NCBI GenBank assembly: GCA_903837175.1
Contig: CAILTR010000101.1
Coordinates: 1 to 57,358 of the forward strand
Direction of reading: 5' to 3'
From: an uncultured bacterium
GTDB lineage: Bacteria; Patescibacteriota; Minisyncoccia; Moranbacterales; GWC2-37-73
DNA: 57,358 bases
Made by a program: the position numbers and the translations under genes. Positions within the stretch are counted from its first letter, which is position 1. Each line of letters begins with the position of its first letter. Under the pieces are notes generated by a model that was given only the letters and a program-made list of their open reading frames with translations, had not been told where the DNA came from and did no database searches. Shown here one piece after another: positions 55,642 through 57,358 of the stretch.

Positions 55642-56030
55642 CTGCCTGAAGCTTAAGAAAATAAATAAATTAGGTGAAGCTTGTGTTGGTTCCTTTAGAT
55701 TTAAATTTGCAACTTAAATTTCAAGGTTAGCAGGCGAAAAAGGATTGTTAGAGAGATAAAAGTGCCTATTTATTAAGGGTGCTTGGGTTAATTTGTTTCT
55801 CTGCGAGAATTAGCAAATGCAAGCGAACGTAGCGTGTACTGGTCTGTCTGAAAAGCTAAATTTAAAAAATTTTTTCCAATCCTACCTGTTCCCCCTTTCC
55901 CGGAAGAGGGAGGAATAAAAAAAGCGTGTAAATTTTTTAGCTTGCGTTATTTTGCGGGGACGTGTAAAATACGGAAAGTGCTTGAGAAAGCATTGATTTG
56001 TTTAAAATATAATTAGTAATAAAAATAATT

Positions 56031-57095
56031 ATGGAGTTAGAAAAAAAAGAAGAAGTAGTCGTTGCTCCCTTAGAGACAAAGGAATCAGATGTGAAAGTAC
56101 TAGAAAAAAAAGAGGCAGAAGTTTCTACGGAAAAAAAGAGTAAAAAATGGGAGTGCAAATTAGGAAAAATTTGCAAGGGAAATAAAGCTACCGTTTTAGC
56201 GGTATTGGTTTTGATTTTATTGGTAGTGGGGAGTTTTGCTTTTGCGAGATATTATAAAAAAAATAATGTCGGACCAGAAGTTGTAAAAGCGAAAATTGAA
56301 GCTTTGATTAAGGAAAATGGCGGCACAGTAAAGGAAGTGGTTGTGGATGGAGATTTATATAAAGTGACAATCACGATTAGTGGTCAAGACCAACCTGTTT
56401 ACGTTAGTAAGGACGGAACAAGACTAATTCAAGGGGTGATTACTTTTGCAGAAATTGAAAAGCAAAAGGAAGCCGCTAAGAAACAAGCTGTGGAAAGTAG
56501 TAAACCAGCTCCAAAAACTGAAAAACCACAAGTTGATTTATACGTCATGGCTTTTTGCCCTTATGGAAATAAAGCTGAAGATACGATGAAACCTGTTTAT
56601 GAGTTACTAAAAAACAAGGTGGATTTTAATTTCCATTATATTGTAAACGTTAGCGGAAGCGACGTGCAGTCTTTGCATGGACCAACGGAAGTTACGCAGG
56701 ATGAACGAGAGGCTTGCGTACTCCGAGATTCTGGAAAGGATAAATGGTTTGCTTTTGCTACTTACGTTAATGATAAGTGCGGTAGCGATGGTGCTTGTTG
56801 GGAGGCTGGCGCAAAAAGCCTAGGCTTAAATGCGGCTAAAATTACCGCTTGTGTAGCTAAAGATGGCTTAGCTTTAATGAAGACAAATGCGGATGTTTCA
56901 ACCAAGGCTAATGCTACCGGTTCTCCAACCTTAATGATTAACGGCGCTAGTTCACAGTCAGTTTATCAATATGGAAAAGCAGAAGCTTATAAGCAAGCAA
57001 TTTGCGATTCTTTTAACACTGCTCCAACTGAATGTGCTAAGGTCTTAGCTGACCAAGCAGCTGCAAGTTCAGCGCAGGGCGGAAGTTGTAACTAG
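56031..57095 (+). CDS. membrane-anchored DsbA/thioredoxin-like protein with degenerate CPYG motif
   Basis: 354 aa; TM anchor; Trx-like region VMAFCPYGNKAED ... GSPTLMING (cis-Pro loop); several C-terminal Cys pairs. Confidence 0.7.
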   Translation: MELEKKEEVVVAPLETKESDVKVLEKKEAEVSTEKKSKKWECKLGKICKGNKATVLAVLVLILLVVGSFAFARYYKKNNVGPEVVKAKIEALIKENGGTVKEVVVDGDLYKVTITISGQDQPVYVSKDGTRLIQGVITFAEIEKQKEAAKKQAVESSKPAPKTEKPQVDLYVMAFCPYGNKAEDTMKPVYELLKNKVDFNFHYIVNVSGSDVQSLHGPTEVTQDEREACVLRDSGKDKWFAFATYVNDKCGSDGACWEAGAKSLGLNAAKITACVAKDGLALMKTNADVSTKANATGSPTLMINGASSQSVYQYGKAEAYKQAICDSFNTAPTECAKVLADQAAASSAQGGSCN

Positions 57096-57274
57096 TTTTT
57101 TCTTTTAACCATATTAACCATATTGCGGGGAGTGGAAAATAAGAGACTAGACATCGTCCTGGATTGCTTCGTTCGTCTGCTGACGAACTCGCAAAGACAG
57201 CCGATAAAAAGAGAAGCTTACTGATCTGTACCCTCTAAAGTAGACACGAAACAAAAAACTAGCTAGCGCAAACT

Positions 57275-57312
57275 AAAAGATGATTTCTGTATTCAACGGG
57301 AGTCATCTTTTT
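57275..57312 (+). terminator. terminator of the DsbA-like gene (module shared with 47272-47311)
   Basis: AAAAGATGATTTC-loop-GGGAGTCATCTTTTT. Confidence 0.75.
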
Positions 57313-57358
57313 GTGTTCCCATTGATACCTTTCATGATTGTAGTATTTCACATATTCC

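Overview
This is an AT-rich, gene-dense 57.4-kb bacterial chromosomal window with about 50 protein genes. I saw no rRNA, tRNA, CRISPR array or recognisable transposase. Housekeeping genes include typA, lgt, cspA, an ABC-F ATPase, dus, obg, gdh, a class A PBP, rpoB-rpoC (own promoter, not preceded by rplJL), lexA, ftsK, a rodZ-like gene, recA, efp, rpsF-ssb-rpsR and uvrB. Envelope and secreted proteins include an S8 protease, a CAP-domain protein, a SIMPL protein, an amidase, two GH73-like paralogs and a DsbA-like protein. Many small proteins, mostly Shine-Dalgarno (SD)-less starts and peculiar intergenic repeats suggest, by inference only, a reduced Patescibacteria/CPR-like lineage. The most notable observations are: (1) a duplicated TasA/camelysin-like subunit plus SipW-type signal peptidase operon (47.3-50.0 kb), a candidate surface-fibre system; (2) a four-copy, ~130-nt structured intergenic repeat with compensatory stem changes; (3) an isolated radical SAM/SPASM enzyme with a TrmB regulator and an unknown 206-aa neighbour; (4) families of short word-like repeats forming conserved 3' trailers and 5' leaders of unrelated genes; (5) an in-frame hairpin/repeat module inside lgt; (6) several promoter-proximal terminator-like hairpins; and (7) a ~1-kb mostly non-coding island holding a 48-aa ORF with palindromic operators. 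All coordinates were hand-indexed from the sequence. Family assignments rest on motif recognition, not database searches.
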